Source of the DNA: Candidatus Altarchaeum sp. | GTDB taxonomy: Archaea; Altiarchaeota; Altiarchaeia; Altiarchaeales; Altiarchaeaceae | Assembly (NCBI GenBank): GCA_018260615.1 | Contig: JAGWDQ010000131.1 | Span: 1 to 22,442, forward strand | Length of the DNA stretch: 22,442 bases | Reading direction: 5' to 3' | Shown: positions 8,688 to 18,000 of the stretch, one piece after another | Position numbering within the stretch: position 1 is the stretch's first letter | How the letters are laid out: every line of letters begins with the position of its first letter | Translations under genes and position numbers: made by a program | Notes under the pieces: model-generated | Database searches by the model: none | Told to the model about the DNA's origin: nothing | Seen by the model: only the letters and a program-made list of their open reading frames with translations

Positions 8688-11162
8688 ATGACATTATTAG
8701 CAAAACCTGATGAAACGATATTAGAACATACTGAAAATGCTTTAAAAGTATTTAAAAGTATAAAAAACGCTTATGAGAAAGTTCCTGAATTGTGCAGTGT
8801 TAATGACTTTTGGGAGCATCTTTTTTATGCCGTATTTTTTCATGACTTTGGGAAGGGAGCATCCGGATTTCAAAATGTTTTTAATGGAAATAAATGGAAT
8901 TATCGCCATGAGATTTTATCTGCTGGTTTTATATCTTCTCTAAATTATGATGAACTTTATAAAGAAGCTATTGGACTTGCCATAATAACACACCACAAAG
9001 ATATAGAATACTTAAAAGAAAAATATGCCACTACCGATCAATTAGAAATTGGAAAAAAGAGATATGAATCTAAACTTAAAGAACTTGAAGCTAATTTTGA
9101 TGAAATAAAAACATATTATGATAAAATCCCCGAGTTTAGTGAAAAGTATTTAGGTTATGAGTTAAGGAATTTCAAAATTTTAAATTCTCCACAGAAAATT
9201 GTTGATGTATATAAAGATATTGTTATTAAATATGAGGGACAATTAAATTATGGTGAAAAAACAGAATTGCATAGAAAGTATGGGATCTTTTTAAAAGGTT
9301 TTCTTAATGCATGTGACCATCTTGCCTCAGCTCATAAGTATAAAATACTAAATGCAGTTAGGAATATGCGTGAAATTTATTCATTCAAAGATTTGAGAAG
9401 TACACAAATAAAAGCATTAAATACCAAAGGAGATTCTTTTTTGACTGCTCCGACAGGAAGCGGAAAAACCGAAGCATCTCTTTTTTGGACAGATAAAAAC
9501 CAAAATACTCAAAAATCAAGAAGGGTTTTCTATTTGCTACCTTACACTGCAAGTATAAATGCGATGTATGAACGGCTGAAATCTGACTTCAGAAAATATT
9601 TGTTTAGATGGGACGATATTCCTGAAAACAATACAGAATTCATAAAATTTTTAAAAGATGCTTTAAAAACAGAAGGGGTAGAAAATGCAGAAATCAAAAA
9701 AAGCGACAATAATGAAACAATAACTGTTATGAATGAGAAAAACGTAATTACTATCAAACTGGACAAAAAAGAAAAGAATGTGACTTTAGAAATTACTGGT
9801 GGTAAAACATACGAATACTTTTTAAAAGAAGAGAAAGGTAAGCTAAACATATACTTCGGAGACGATGAACTTGTTGGAATTCAACATGGAAAAGCAAACT
9901 ATTTTTTATATAAAGCATTTTTAGAGGAAGAGGATTATACAGTAGCTAAAAACATGGCTAAAAACATGACAAATTTAACAAAAAAGATTTATGGACCTTA
10001 CAAAGTACTTACCCCCTTCCAGATACTAAAAGCATTTTTTGGGATGTATTGGTTTGAAATGCAACTTTCAGAGATGGCAAACGGACTTTTTATTCTTGAT
10101 GAAATCCATGCTTATGATGCACATACAACATCTCTAATACTTGAATGTTTAAAGATTTTAAAACATGAATATAAGGTAAATTTGTTTATCATGTCTGCAA
10201 CACTTCCTAAATTTATAAAAGAACTATTCAGGGAAATCCTTGAAATTGATAATGAAATCTTCATAGAGAAAAACGAATTAAAAGAATTTACAAGGCACCG
10301 TGTGAAAATATTGGATGGAAATATTATTGACAATATGGATAAAATAAAATCAGATTTAAAAAGTAAGAGGGTTTTGGTTGTTTGCAACACAGTTTCAAGA
10401 GCACAAGAAGTTTTTAAAGAATTATCAAAAACTGAAAAGAATAGTGTTCTTTTACATGGACGATTCATGTTAAGGGATAGAGAAAAAATAGAGAAAAGAT
10501 TGAACGAAGTAAATCTTTTAGTTGGAACTCAGGCAATAGAAGTTTCCTTGAATATTGATTATGATATTTTATACACCGAACCTGCACCAATAGACGCTCT
10601 AATTCAGAGGTTTGGAAGAGTTAACAGAAAAGGTTGGGAGAAACAGATCATTGCTCCTGTAAATATCTTATCAGAGGGTTCAGATAAAGACAAATACATT
10701 TATACTAAAGAATTAGTGAATAGAACTATTGAAAAACTTAAAGAAGTTGATTTATTGGAAGAGGATATGATCCAAGAGATAGTAGATGATATTTACAAAG
10801 AGGGGTATGTTGGAAAAGACAAAGAAGATTTTGAAAAAGTAAAAGAAAATTTCAAGTTATTTTACAATGAAGTTGTTCCTTTTATTTACGAAAAAACAAA
10901 GGAAGAAGATTTTTATTCTCTTTTTAAATCATACGACGTCGTTCCTTTTCAATACAAATTAGAATATTTAGACGAAATTAAAAATGGTCGTTATTTAGAA
11001 GCAATAGGATACTTTACTTCAATAAGTATAGGGCAGTTTAAAAAGTTGAAAAATGAAAATAGAATTGAAATGGATGGAGATAATAAAACTTATTTTGTAA
11101 ATGCGAAATACACCTCTGAATTAGGATTAATTATTGATGAGGAAGACGACAACATAATATGA
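8688..11162 (+). CDS. cas3: Cas3 HD nuclease-helicase with an 89-aa insertion
   Basis: HD domain (EH...HDFGK, RHE, HH, CDHLAS), then APTGSGKT, LPYTASIN, DEIH, SAT and QRFGRVNR. Start placed at the ATG 4 nt after the cas5 stop rather than at 8643. Confidence 0.95.
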   Translation: MTLLAKPDETILEHTENALKVFKSIKNAYEKVPELCSVNDFWEHLFYAVFFHDFGKGASGFQNVFNGNKWNYRHEILSAGFISSLNYDELYKEAIGLAIITHHKDIEYLKEKYATTDQLEIGKKRYESKLKELEANFDEIKTYYDKIPEFSEKYLGYELRNFKILNSPQKIVDVYKDIVIKYEGQLNYGEKTELHRKYGIFLKGFLNACDHLASAHKYKILNAVRNMREIYSFKDLRSTQIKALNTKGDSFLTAPTGSGKTEASLFWTDKNQNTQKSRRVFYLLPYTASINAMYERLKSDFRKYLFRWDDIPENNTEFIKFLKDALKTEGVENAEIKKSDNNETITVMNEKNVITIKLDKKEKNVTLEITGGKTYEYFLKEEKGKLNIYFGDDELVGIQHGKANYFLYKAFLEEEDYTVAKNMAKNMTNLTKKIYGPYKVLTPFQILKAFFGMYWFEMQLSEMANGLFILDEIHAYDAHTTSLILECLKILKHEYKVNLFIMSATLPKFIKELFREILEIDNEIFIEKNELKEFTRHRVKILDGNIIDNMDKIKSDLKSKRVLVVCNTVSRAQEVFKELSKTEKNSVLLHGRFMLRDREKIEKRLNEVNLLVGTQAIEVSLNIDYDILYTEPAPIDALIQRFGRVNRKGWEKQIIAPVNILSEGSDKDKYIYTKELVNRTIEKLKEVDLLEEDMIQEIVDDIYKEGYVGKDKEDFEKVKENFKLFYNEVVPFIYEKTKEEDFYSLFKSYDVVPFQYKLEYLDEIKNGRYLEAIGYFTSISIGQFKKLKNENRIEMDGDNKTYFVNAKYTSELGLIIDEEDDNII
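9597..9853 (+). mobile_element. In-frame, inverted-repeat-bounded insertion in cas3 (putative protein-coding MITE / mobile domain)
   Basis: TATTTGTTTAG (9597-9607) matches the reverse complement of CTAAACATATA (9843-9853) at 10/11. Flanks CTTCAGAAAA (9587-9596) and CTTCGGAGAC (9854-9863) match 7/10. Total offset is 267 bp. Removal gives ERLKSDF-GDDELVGIQHG. Confidence 0.6.
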
Positions 11163-11217
11163 TCTCCTATGATTATACTGTTTTATGCAATTGTTCTTTT
11201 AATTATAATTAAATTTC

Positions 11218-11268
11218 ATCGTTTATAATCTCCAAAATCTAATTATTTTATCGTTTATAATCTACAAA
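11218..11268 (+). promoter_or_regulatory. Tandem TATA-containing repeat upstream of the inserted ATPase
   Basis: ATCGTTTATAATCT(C/A)CAAA at 11218-11236 and 11250-11268 (18/19 identity, period 32). Confidence 0.5.
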
Positions 11269-11276
11269 TTTATAAT

Positions 11277-12605
11277 ATGAAAGAAATAATCATCAGATAC
11301 AACCCATGGTGGCATACCGGGAATATATCCGAAGAAAAAACAGGAATCAGGAGAAGCAGGTATTTAAATCAGATACTTTCCTTTATGGACTCTCCGGAAA
11401 TAATAAAGATTGTCGGAGTGCGAAGGTCAGGGAAAACCACGCTTATTTTTCAGTTAATTGATTTTCTGCTTAAAAAAGGTGTTGACCCCAAAAATATCTG
11501 CTATGTGCAGATGGATGATGAGGAGTTTTCATTTTACGATAAAAACAAGCTCATAAAACAGGTTATTGATGAATATCAGGAAATATGCGAAAAAAATATA
11601 GAGAAAGACAGGATTTATTTTTTATTTGATGAAATCCAGTACATTGACACATGGCCCGGATGGCTTAAAACATATTATGATAATTTCAAAAATGTGAAAT
11701 TTATCGTTTCGGGCTCATCATCCACGCTCATTGATAAGGACTCTGTTGAGAAACTTTCGGGAAGGCAGATTGATTTTATGATTCAGACCCTTTCATTCGG
11801 GGAATTTCTTGAATTCAACAATATTAAAATTAAATTTCAAAATGGTCTGTTTGATGTATCTCTTGAAGATATAGAAAAAAACATTGAGTTTGCAGCAGAA
11901 AAAAACGAGCTCAATATCTTACTAAAAAGATACCTTGAAACAGGGGGTTTTCCGAATGTAGTTTTTCTGGAAGATGAAAAAAGAAGGATTATATTGAAGC
12001 AGTACTTCAGGGATATCGTGTACAGAGATATTATACGGGTCTTTAAAATAAGGGATGCCGAGTTGCTGGAGAATTTTGGTGTTTATATGTTCAAGCACAT
12101 CGGCAAAAAATTTAGCTTTACATCCCTTTCAAAGGTGCTTGGCGTAAGCACAGACACTATTATAGAATACTTCAGCATGTTTTTGAAGACCTTTCTTTAC
12201 TATGAGGTAAACTATTATTCAACCGCTCTTAAAAGCACAATAAGAAAAGCAAAGAAAATTTACTGTGCAGACATCGGATTAAGGAATGCAATAATAACCG
12301 AAAGAGATGAAGGCGAAGCTGTTGAAAATGTTGTTTTCAAACATCTGATATTAAGTTACGATAAAATTTACTACTGGGACAACAAATACGAATGTGATTT
12401 TATAGTAAAGACCTACGAAAACATAATGCCAATAGAAGTAAAATACAGTGATGACCCGAAGAGAATTAACGGCCTTCTTGAGTTTATGGAAAATTTTGGC
12501 GTTAAACGCGGGATTGTCGTAACAAAAGACATTCTGAAAAAAGAGAAATTCAGCGATTGTGAGGTTTTATTTATCCCTCTGCGGATATTTTTATTATTAT
12601 TTTAA
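11277..12605 (+). CDS. AAA+ ATPase (AAA_14) with DUF4143 / PD-(D/E)XK-like C-terminus
   Basis: YNPWW, Walker A GVRRSGKT, Walker B FDEIQ, VSGSSS, GGFP and C-terminal ECDF...PIEVK. Confidence 0.9.
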   Translation: MKEIIIRYNPWWHTGNISEEKTGIRRSRYLNQILSFMDSPEIIKIVGVRRSGKTTLIFQLIDFLLKKGVDPKNICYVQMDDEEFSFYDKNKLIKQVIDEYQEICEKNIEKDRIYFLFDEIQYIDTWPGWLKTYYDNFKNVKFIVSGSSSTLIDKDSVEKLSGRQIDFMIQTLSFGEFLEFNNIKIKFQNGLFDVSLEDIEKNIEFAAEKNELNILLKRYLETGGFPNVVFLEDEKRRIILKQYFRDIVYRDIIRVFKIRDAELLENFGVYMFKHIGKKFSFTSLSKVLGVSTDTIIEYFSMFLKTFLYYEVNYYSTALKSTIRKAKKIYCADIGLRNAIITERDEGEAVENVVFKHLILSYDKIYYWDNKYECDFIVKTYENIMPIEVKYSDDPKRINGLLEFMENFGVKRGIVVTKDILKKEKFSDCEVLFIPLRIFLLLF

Positions 12606-12606
12606 A

Positions 12607-13110
12607 ATGCTCCCATCCAACCTTTATTTCACAGGAACCCAGATAAATTATTACATTGTCTGTCCGCGTAAATTATGGCTTTTTACAAAAAACATAGAAA
12701 TGGAACACACAAGCGATCTGGTCTATGAAGGAAAACTCATTCACGAGAATTCCTACGAAAGAAAGGAAAAGGAAATTCAGATTGGAAATATAAAGATTGA
12801 CTTTATGGAGAAGGGCTCGGGATTAGTAATTTGCGAAGTTAAAAAATCAAAGAAGATTGAAAAAGCACATTTTTATCAGATACTCTATTATCTTTATTAT
12901 CTGAAAAATTTGGGAATAAATGCAAAAGGAACAATAACATATCCTTTATTGCGGAAACGGGAAGAAATTTCTCTTACAAAAGAAAACGAGGAAGAAATTT
13001 CAGAAATTTTAAACAAAATTAAAGAACTGCTTGCCCTTAAAGACCCTCCTCTTTTAGAGAAGAAAAAAATCTGCAACAAATGCAGTTATTACGATTTTTG
13101 TTTTTGCTAA
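12607..13110 (+). CDS. cas4: CRISPR-associated exonuclease Cas4
   Basis: CPRKLW, KIDF...EVKKS and C-terminal CNKCSYYDFC (4 Fe-S cysteines). Start at the ATG 1 nt after the ATPase stop. Confidence 0.95.
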   Translation: MLPSNLYFTGTQINYYIVCPRKLWLFTKNIEMEHTSDLVYEGKLIHENSYERKEKEIQIGNIKIDFMEKGSGLVICEVKKSKKIEKAHFYQILYYLYYLKNLGINAKGTITYPLLRKREEISLTKENEEEISEILNKIKELLALKDPPLLEKKKICNKCSYYDFCFC

Positions 13111-13123
13111 AAATTAATTTAAA

Positions 13124-14113
13124 ATGAAACAAAACTATTACCTGATGAAAAGCGGACGACTGAAAAGAGAACAAAACACGATTTATTTTGAAAACGAAGA
13201 AGGAAGAATTCCCCTTCCTGTAAACAACATTTCATCAATTTTCGTTATGGGTGAACTTGACATTAACAGCAAACTGTTAATTTTTCTCTCACAAAACAAC
13301 ATCCCCATGCATTTTTTCAATTATTATGGTTATTACTCGGGGACATATTATCCGCGAGAATATCTGAATTCCGGATTTTTGATAGTGAAACAGGTTGAGC
13401 ATTACACAAATAATGAAAAGCGTATGAACATTGCCAGAGAAATAATCAGTACGGCAAGTCATAACATTCTGAAAAATCTCATTCACTATCAAAGTAACGC
13501 AAAAGATGTTAATGAAGAGATTGAAAAAATCAGAAAGGAATCCGAAGAAATTTCCGGTACGAATAATATCCCGCAGCTTATGTCAGTAGAAGGAAGAATC
13601 AGGGAGACATATTATAAAACATTCAATAAAATTTTAAGAACGGGGTTTGAATTTGAGAAGAGGGTCAGAAGACCTCCTGACAATATGATAAATGCGCTGA
13701 TTTCTTTTGGAAATTCTTATATGTATGCGACTGTGCTCAGCGAAATTTATCACACACAGTTAAATCCCGTGCTCAGTTATCTGCATGAACCCTCCGAAAG
13801 AAGATTTTCGTTAAGTTTGGATATAAGTGAAATTTTTAAGCCGGTAATTACCGACAGGGTGATATTTAAACTCATCAACAATCAGATGCTCAAAGAAGAT
13901 GACTTTGAGCAGGAATTGAATTGCTGTCTTTTAAACGATAACGGGAAGAAAATTTTTACAAAAGAATACGATGAGAAACTGAAGACAACGATAGAACATA
14001 AAGAACTCGGAAGAAAAGTATCATATCAGACATTGATACGGCTGGAACTTTATAAATTAGAAAAGCATTTGATTGGGGAAAAGGAGTATAAGGGGTTGAA
14101 GATGTGGTGGTGA
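13124..14113 (+). CDS. cas1: Type I-B Cas1 integrase
   Basis: NYYGYYSG, EG..R..YY, RRPP.N.INALISFGNS, YLHEP...RFSL.LDISEIFKP and the terminal MWW. Confidence 0.97.
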   Translation: MKQNYYLMKSGRLKREQNTIYFENEEGRIPLPVNNISSIFVMGELDINSKLLIFLSQNNIPMHFFNYYGYYSGTYYPREYLNSGFLIVKQVEHYTNNEKRMNIAREIISTASHNILKNLIHYQSNAKDVNEEIEKIRKESEEISGTNNIPQLMSVEGRIRETYYKTFNKILRTGFEFEKRVRRPPDNMINALISFGNSYMYATVLSEIYHTQLNPVLSYLHEPSERRFSLSLDISEIFKPVITDRVIFKLINNQMLKEDDFEQELNCCLLNDNGKKIFTKEYDEKLKTTIEHKELGRKVSYQTLIRLELYKLEKHLIGEKEYKGLKMWW

Positions 14114-14279
14114 AATAAAGTAAAGTAATTATGGATAGTGATTTTATTAAATTTATTTTATTAAATTTTAATACTTTTAAATATTAATTGGGAAATAATA
14201 GGAATAACATGTTACTCGCAAAAGACCTTATTGAAAGAACACTAATCTACGCAAGATATCATGCTAAAGCATTATAAAA

Positions 14280-14588
14280 ATGAAATCAAAACTTGAAATC
14301 GCAAAGGAATTTGCAGAATCTTTAAAATACCCTGAAATCAGGGATATTATATTATTCGGTTCTGCTGCAAGGAAAACAGATACGGAAAGTTCGGATATAG
14401 ACATACTCATAGCGTGCGAAGGCGACAGATTTAAATTGCTTCATAAAGTAATGGATGATGTTGTTAAATTTATTTCAAAATATAGGGAATATATTTCCGT
14501 AAAGGTTCTTTCTGTTCAGGATATTGAAAGATTGAAAAATACTTATTTCATATCAATCATAAAAAAGGAAGGAGTAAAAATCGGATGA
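14280..14588 (+). CDS. Minimal nucleotidyltransferase (MNT) antitoxin-type protein
   Basis: ILFGSAAR...SDIDILI (GS...DxD) motif, 102 aa. Confidence 0.9.
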   Translation: MKSKLEIAKEFAESLKYPEIRDIILFGSAARKTDTESSDIDILIACEGDRFKLLHKVMDDVVKFISKYREYISVKVLSVQDIERLKNTYFISIIKKEGVKIG

Positions 14589-14589
14589 G

Positions 14590-14640
14590 ATGAACGAAAT
14601 TACGGAATTGTTAAAAAGGAGCAAGGTCAAATTAAAATAA
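14590..14640 (+). pseudogene. Probable HEPN toxin 5' stub (16 codons)
   Basis: The ATG 1 nt after the MNT stop gives MNEITELLKRSKVKLK*. This resembles the first helix of archaeal HEPN partners and sits in the expected position. Confidence 0.5.
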
Positions 14641-14659
14641 GTAAATATAAAATCTGGAA

Positions 14660-14923
14660 ATGTACGCAATAATTGTCTATGATGTTGCACAGGAAAGGGT
14701 CAGCAAGGTCTGTCAGTTTTTGAGAAGATATTTAAACTGGGTTCAGAATTCGGTCTTTGAAGGTGAGATTACAGAAGGACAATTAAGGGCGATAAAAATT
14801 GGCATTGGAAAAATTATAGATGAAGAATATGACTGTATTTTAATTTATAGGGTAGAAAGTAAGAAATGGCTTAACAAAGAGGTTATGGGGATTGAAAAAA
14901 GAGAGGTTACAAATATATTATAA
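14660..14923 (+). CDS. cas2: CRISPR-associated Cas2
   Basis: IIVYDV...RV.KV...LRRYLNWVQNSVFEG. Confidence 0.97.
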   Translation: MYAIIVYDVAQERVSKVCQFLRRYLNWVQNSVFEGEITEGQLRAIKIGIGKIIDEEYDCILIYRVESKKWLNKEVMGIEKREVTNIL

Positions 14924-15094
14924 AGGTGTTGGCGAAAATTTATAAGTAAATTAAAATTTTGGTTTGCCTTTAAAAATTTTTCAACCTTCAGTAATGCTTT
15001 TCCAAAAGCAAGGTTGGCGAAAATTTTATGATTGTGTTTAATTTTTAGGATCAAAATCTTAATTATTTTTAATAATTTTACGCATATTTTGCGG
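14924..15094 (+). promoter_or_regulatory. CRISPR leader (171 bp) with BRE-TATA-like element and repeated motifs
   Basis: AT-rich stretch between cas2 and repeat 1. GTTGGCGAAAATTT occurs at 14928-14941 and 15013-15026. Confidence 0.8.
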
Positions 15095-18000
15095 GTTTGA
15101 ATAGAACCAGTGTGGTATTGAAATGACAAAGAATTCGAGAAATATCAGAAAGCAAATGACAGTTTGAATAGAACCAGTGTGGTATTGAAATATAATTAAT
15201 TATATTTATAGGTTGAATTTCTCCATCGTTTGAATAGAACCAGTGTGGTATTGAAATATCCACACACATTGAGGTCGTTATTTTCGACAGAAGTTTGAAT
15301 AGAACCAGTGTGGTATTGAAATGTTTTATGCGTAGTCGCAGCAGTAGCAGGTACGTTTGAATAGAACCAGTGTGGTATTGAAATCACGGAATACGACCAG
15401 AACAACTGTGGGGAAATATTGTTTGAATAGAACCAGTGTGGTATTGAAATAAAAACAAATTAATAATAATTAAAAAAAAACAAACAGTTTGAATAGAACC
15501 AGTGTGGTATTGAAATATATATTTTTTTGTTTCCATATTAAATTTTTAGTTTGTTTGAATAGAACCAGTGTGGTATTGAAATATTATTATTCCGTATGGT
15601 GTTCCATTACCAATCGGCGAGTTTGAATAGAACCAGTGTGGTATTGAAATTCAATACTGTAGATAGTTGTTCTTTATATGTAGATGGTTTGAATAGAACC
15701 AGTGTGGTATTGAAATTTATTTCAAAATCACTCTCATTTCTTAAAAATTCAAGTTTGAATAGAACCAGTGTGGTATTGAAATCTCATTATGAGAATACGT
15801 CCTTGAGGTTGTCACTTGTTTGAATAGAACCAGTGTGGTATTGAAATATAAATTGTTCCTTCATTCCAATTATACATCTAAGTTTGAATAGAACCAGTGT
15901 GGTATTGAAATGGGCAACAAAGACATTATGTTGCAAGATTGATAACAAAGTTTGAATAGAACCAGTGTGGTATTGAAATTTAAATCTGTTTTTTGTTGTA
16001 ATTTTTTCAGTATTTGCGTTTGAATAGAACCAGTGTGGTATTGAAATAACTTTTGATACTTTTTTTCAATATGTTAACATTTTGGTTTGAATAGAACCAG
16101 TGTGGTATTGAAATGCTGAAATATTTTCTTTATATCTTTGCATTTTATATTTGTTTGAATAGAACCAGTGTGGTATTGAAATCTGAAATATTTTCTTTAT
16201 ATCTTTGCATTTTATATTTATAGTTTGAATAGAACCAGTGTGGTATTGAAATCCAGCCATATTTATTGCATCCTGAATTTTCTTTTTGGTTTGAATAGAA
16301 CCAGTGTGGTATTGAAATAATATGCTGACTTAACCTTTTCCCCCTGCATTCTATAAGTTTGAATAGAACCAGTGTGGTATTGAAATCTGTCTTTTTTTAT
16401 GTTGTTGTAAGTGGTGATTTGTTGTTTGAATAGAACCAGTGTGGTATTGAAATGGAATGATGAATTATTCCGTTGATTTAAATAATCAAAAGTTTGAATA
16501 GAACCAGTGTGGTATTGAAATCGTTATCAATAATTCCGTTGTTGTTTAAGTCAGGCGTTTGAATAGAACCAGTGTGGTATTGAAATTATCTCCTTCACCG
16601 TCAAAGTCCAAATGCAAATATGCTGTTTGAATAGAACCAGTGTGGTATTGAAATAAATCTAATTTAATTTGTTCCGCTAATTGTTCCTGCGTTTGAATAG
16701 AACCAGTGTGGTATTGAAATTTTTGAACAAAAAAGAGTGTAAGAAGTAAAAACCTCCTGTTTGAATAGAACCAGTGTGGTATTGAAATTATTCATCGCTT
16801 CAAAAATAACTACCGCCTTAAATGTTTGAATAGAACCAGTGTGGTATTGAAATTATTTCTTTACCTTCGCAAAGATATACATCGTGTTGTCCGTTTGAAT
16901 AGAACCAGTGTGGTATTGAAATTTCTTTATTAACTGAAAATGTTGTTGCTGTATATCTGTTTGAATAGAACCAGTGTGGTATTGAAATTAAATATTATTT
17001 AAAGTTATTGTATTATTTATTATGTTGTTTGAATAGAACCAGTGTGGTATTGAAATTTACTATCTTGTGTTGATGCAGTATATGTTGAACTTGTGTTTGA
17101 ATAGAACCAGTGTGGTATTGAAATTACACTCCTTAAACAAATTTTGGAAACTTACGCCTGCAAGTTTGAATAGAACCAGTGTGGTATTGAAATCCTGTTG
17201 CGAGCAAAAGAGGCGCCCCTACAACATCGCTGTTTGAATAGAACCAGTGTGGTATTGAAATTGTATTGTTTTATTTACAAATATTTTTGTATCTACAGTT
17301 TGAATAGAACCAGTGTGGTATTGAAATATAACTGCTGTTACTGCTGAAATGTGGATAAAATTTGTTTGAATAGAACCAGTGTGGTATTGAAATATTATAA
17401 TTTTTAGATAACCATTCTTTATTAACTGAAAGTTTGAATAGAACCAGTGTGGTATTGAAATCTTATTGCTTCAATTATAAACTTATATTCAGTTGGGTTT
17501 GAATAGAACCAGTGTGGTATTGAAATTCTGAAATAAGCAAATCATTTATCTTTTTTATTTGCTGTTTGAATAGAACCAGTGTGGTATTGAAATTATATTT
17601 TTCATTTTGATTTGTTAAAGTTAGAAAATAGTTTGAATAGAACCAGTGTGGTATTGAAATTAAGAGAAATCCCAAGCACTGATAATATCGTATTTTCGTT
17701 TGAATAGAACCAGTGTGGTATTGAAATCAGCCAGATTTTGCCTGTGAAGCATATGCCGACATCGTTTGAATAGAACCAGTGTGGTATTGAAATCTCTGAA
17801 AAGGCGATATTTTATCGTTATATTTTGCAGTTTGAATAGAACCAGTGTGGTATTGAAATCTGATTTGCCATATTCCATGCCAGTCCCTCACTTGTGTTTG
17901 AATAGAACCAGTGTGGTATTGAAATCAGGAATTATTTGTGTATATTTTGGGAGTTCAGTATAAGTTTGAATAGAACCAGTGTGGTATTGAAATCGATGAG

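Noticed and set aside
9591-9857. Intein interpretation of the Cas3 insertion
   Set aside because: No N-terminal Cys/Ser, no C-terminal His-Asn followed by C/S/T, and too short for a HINT domain.
12559-12606. Longer cas4 start from the ORF track
   Set aside because: Overlaps the ATPase 3' end and adds an implausible aromatic run. The ATG at 12607 fits better.
1216-13492. Antisense or shifted-frame ORFs overlapping real genes (e.g. 1216-1455, 2217-2519, 2794-3300, 4254-4502, 7289-7846, 9542-9850, 10112-10468, 13289-13492)
   Set aside because: Shadow frames of A-rich coding strands (F/S/L/I-rich) with no motifs.
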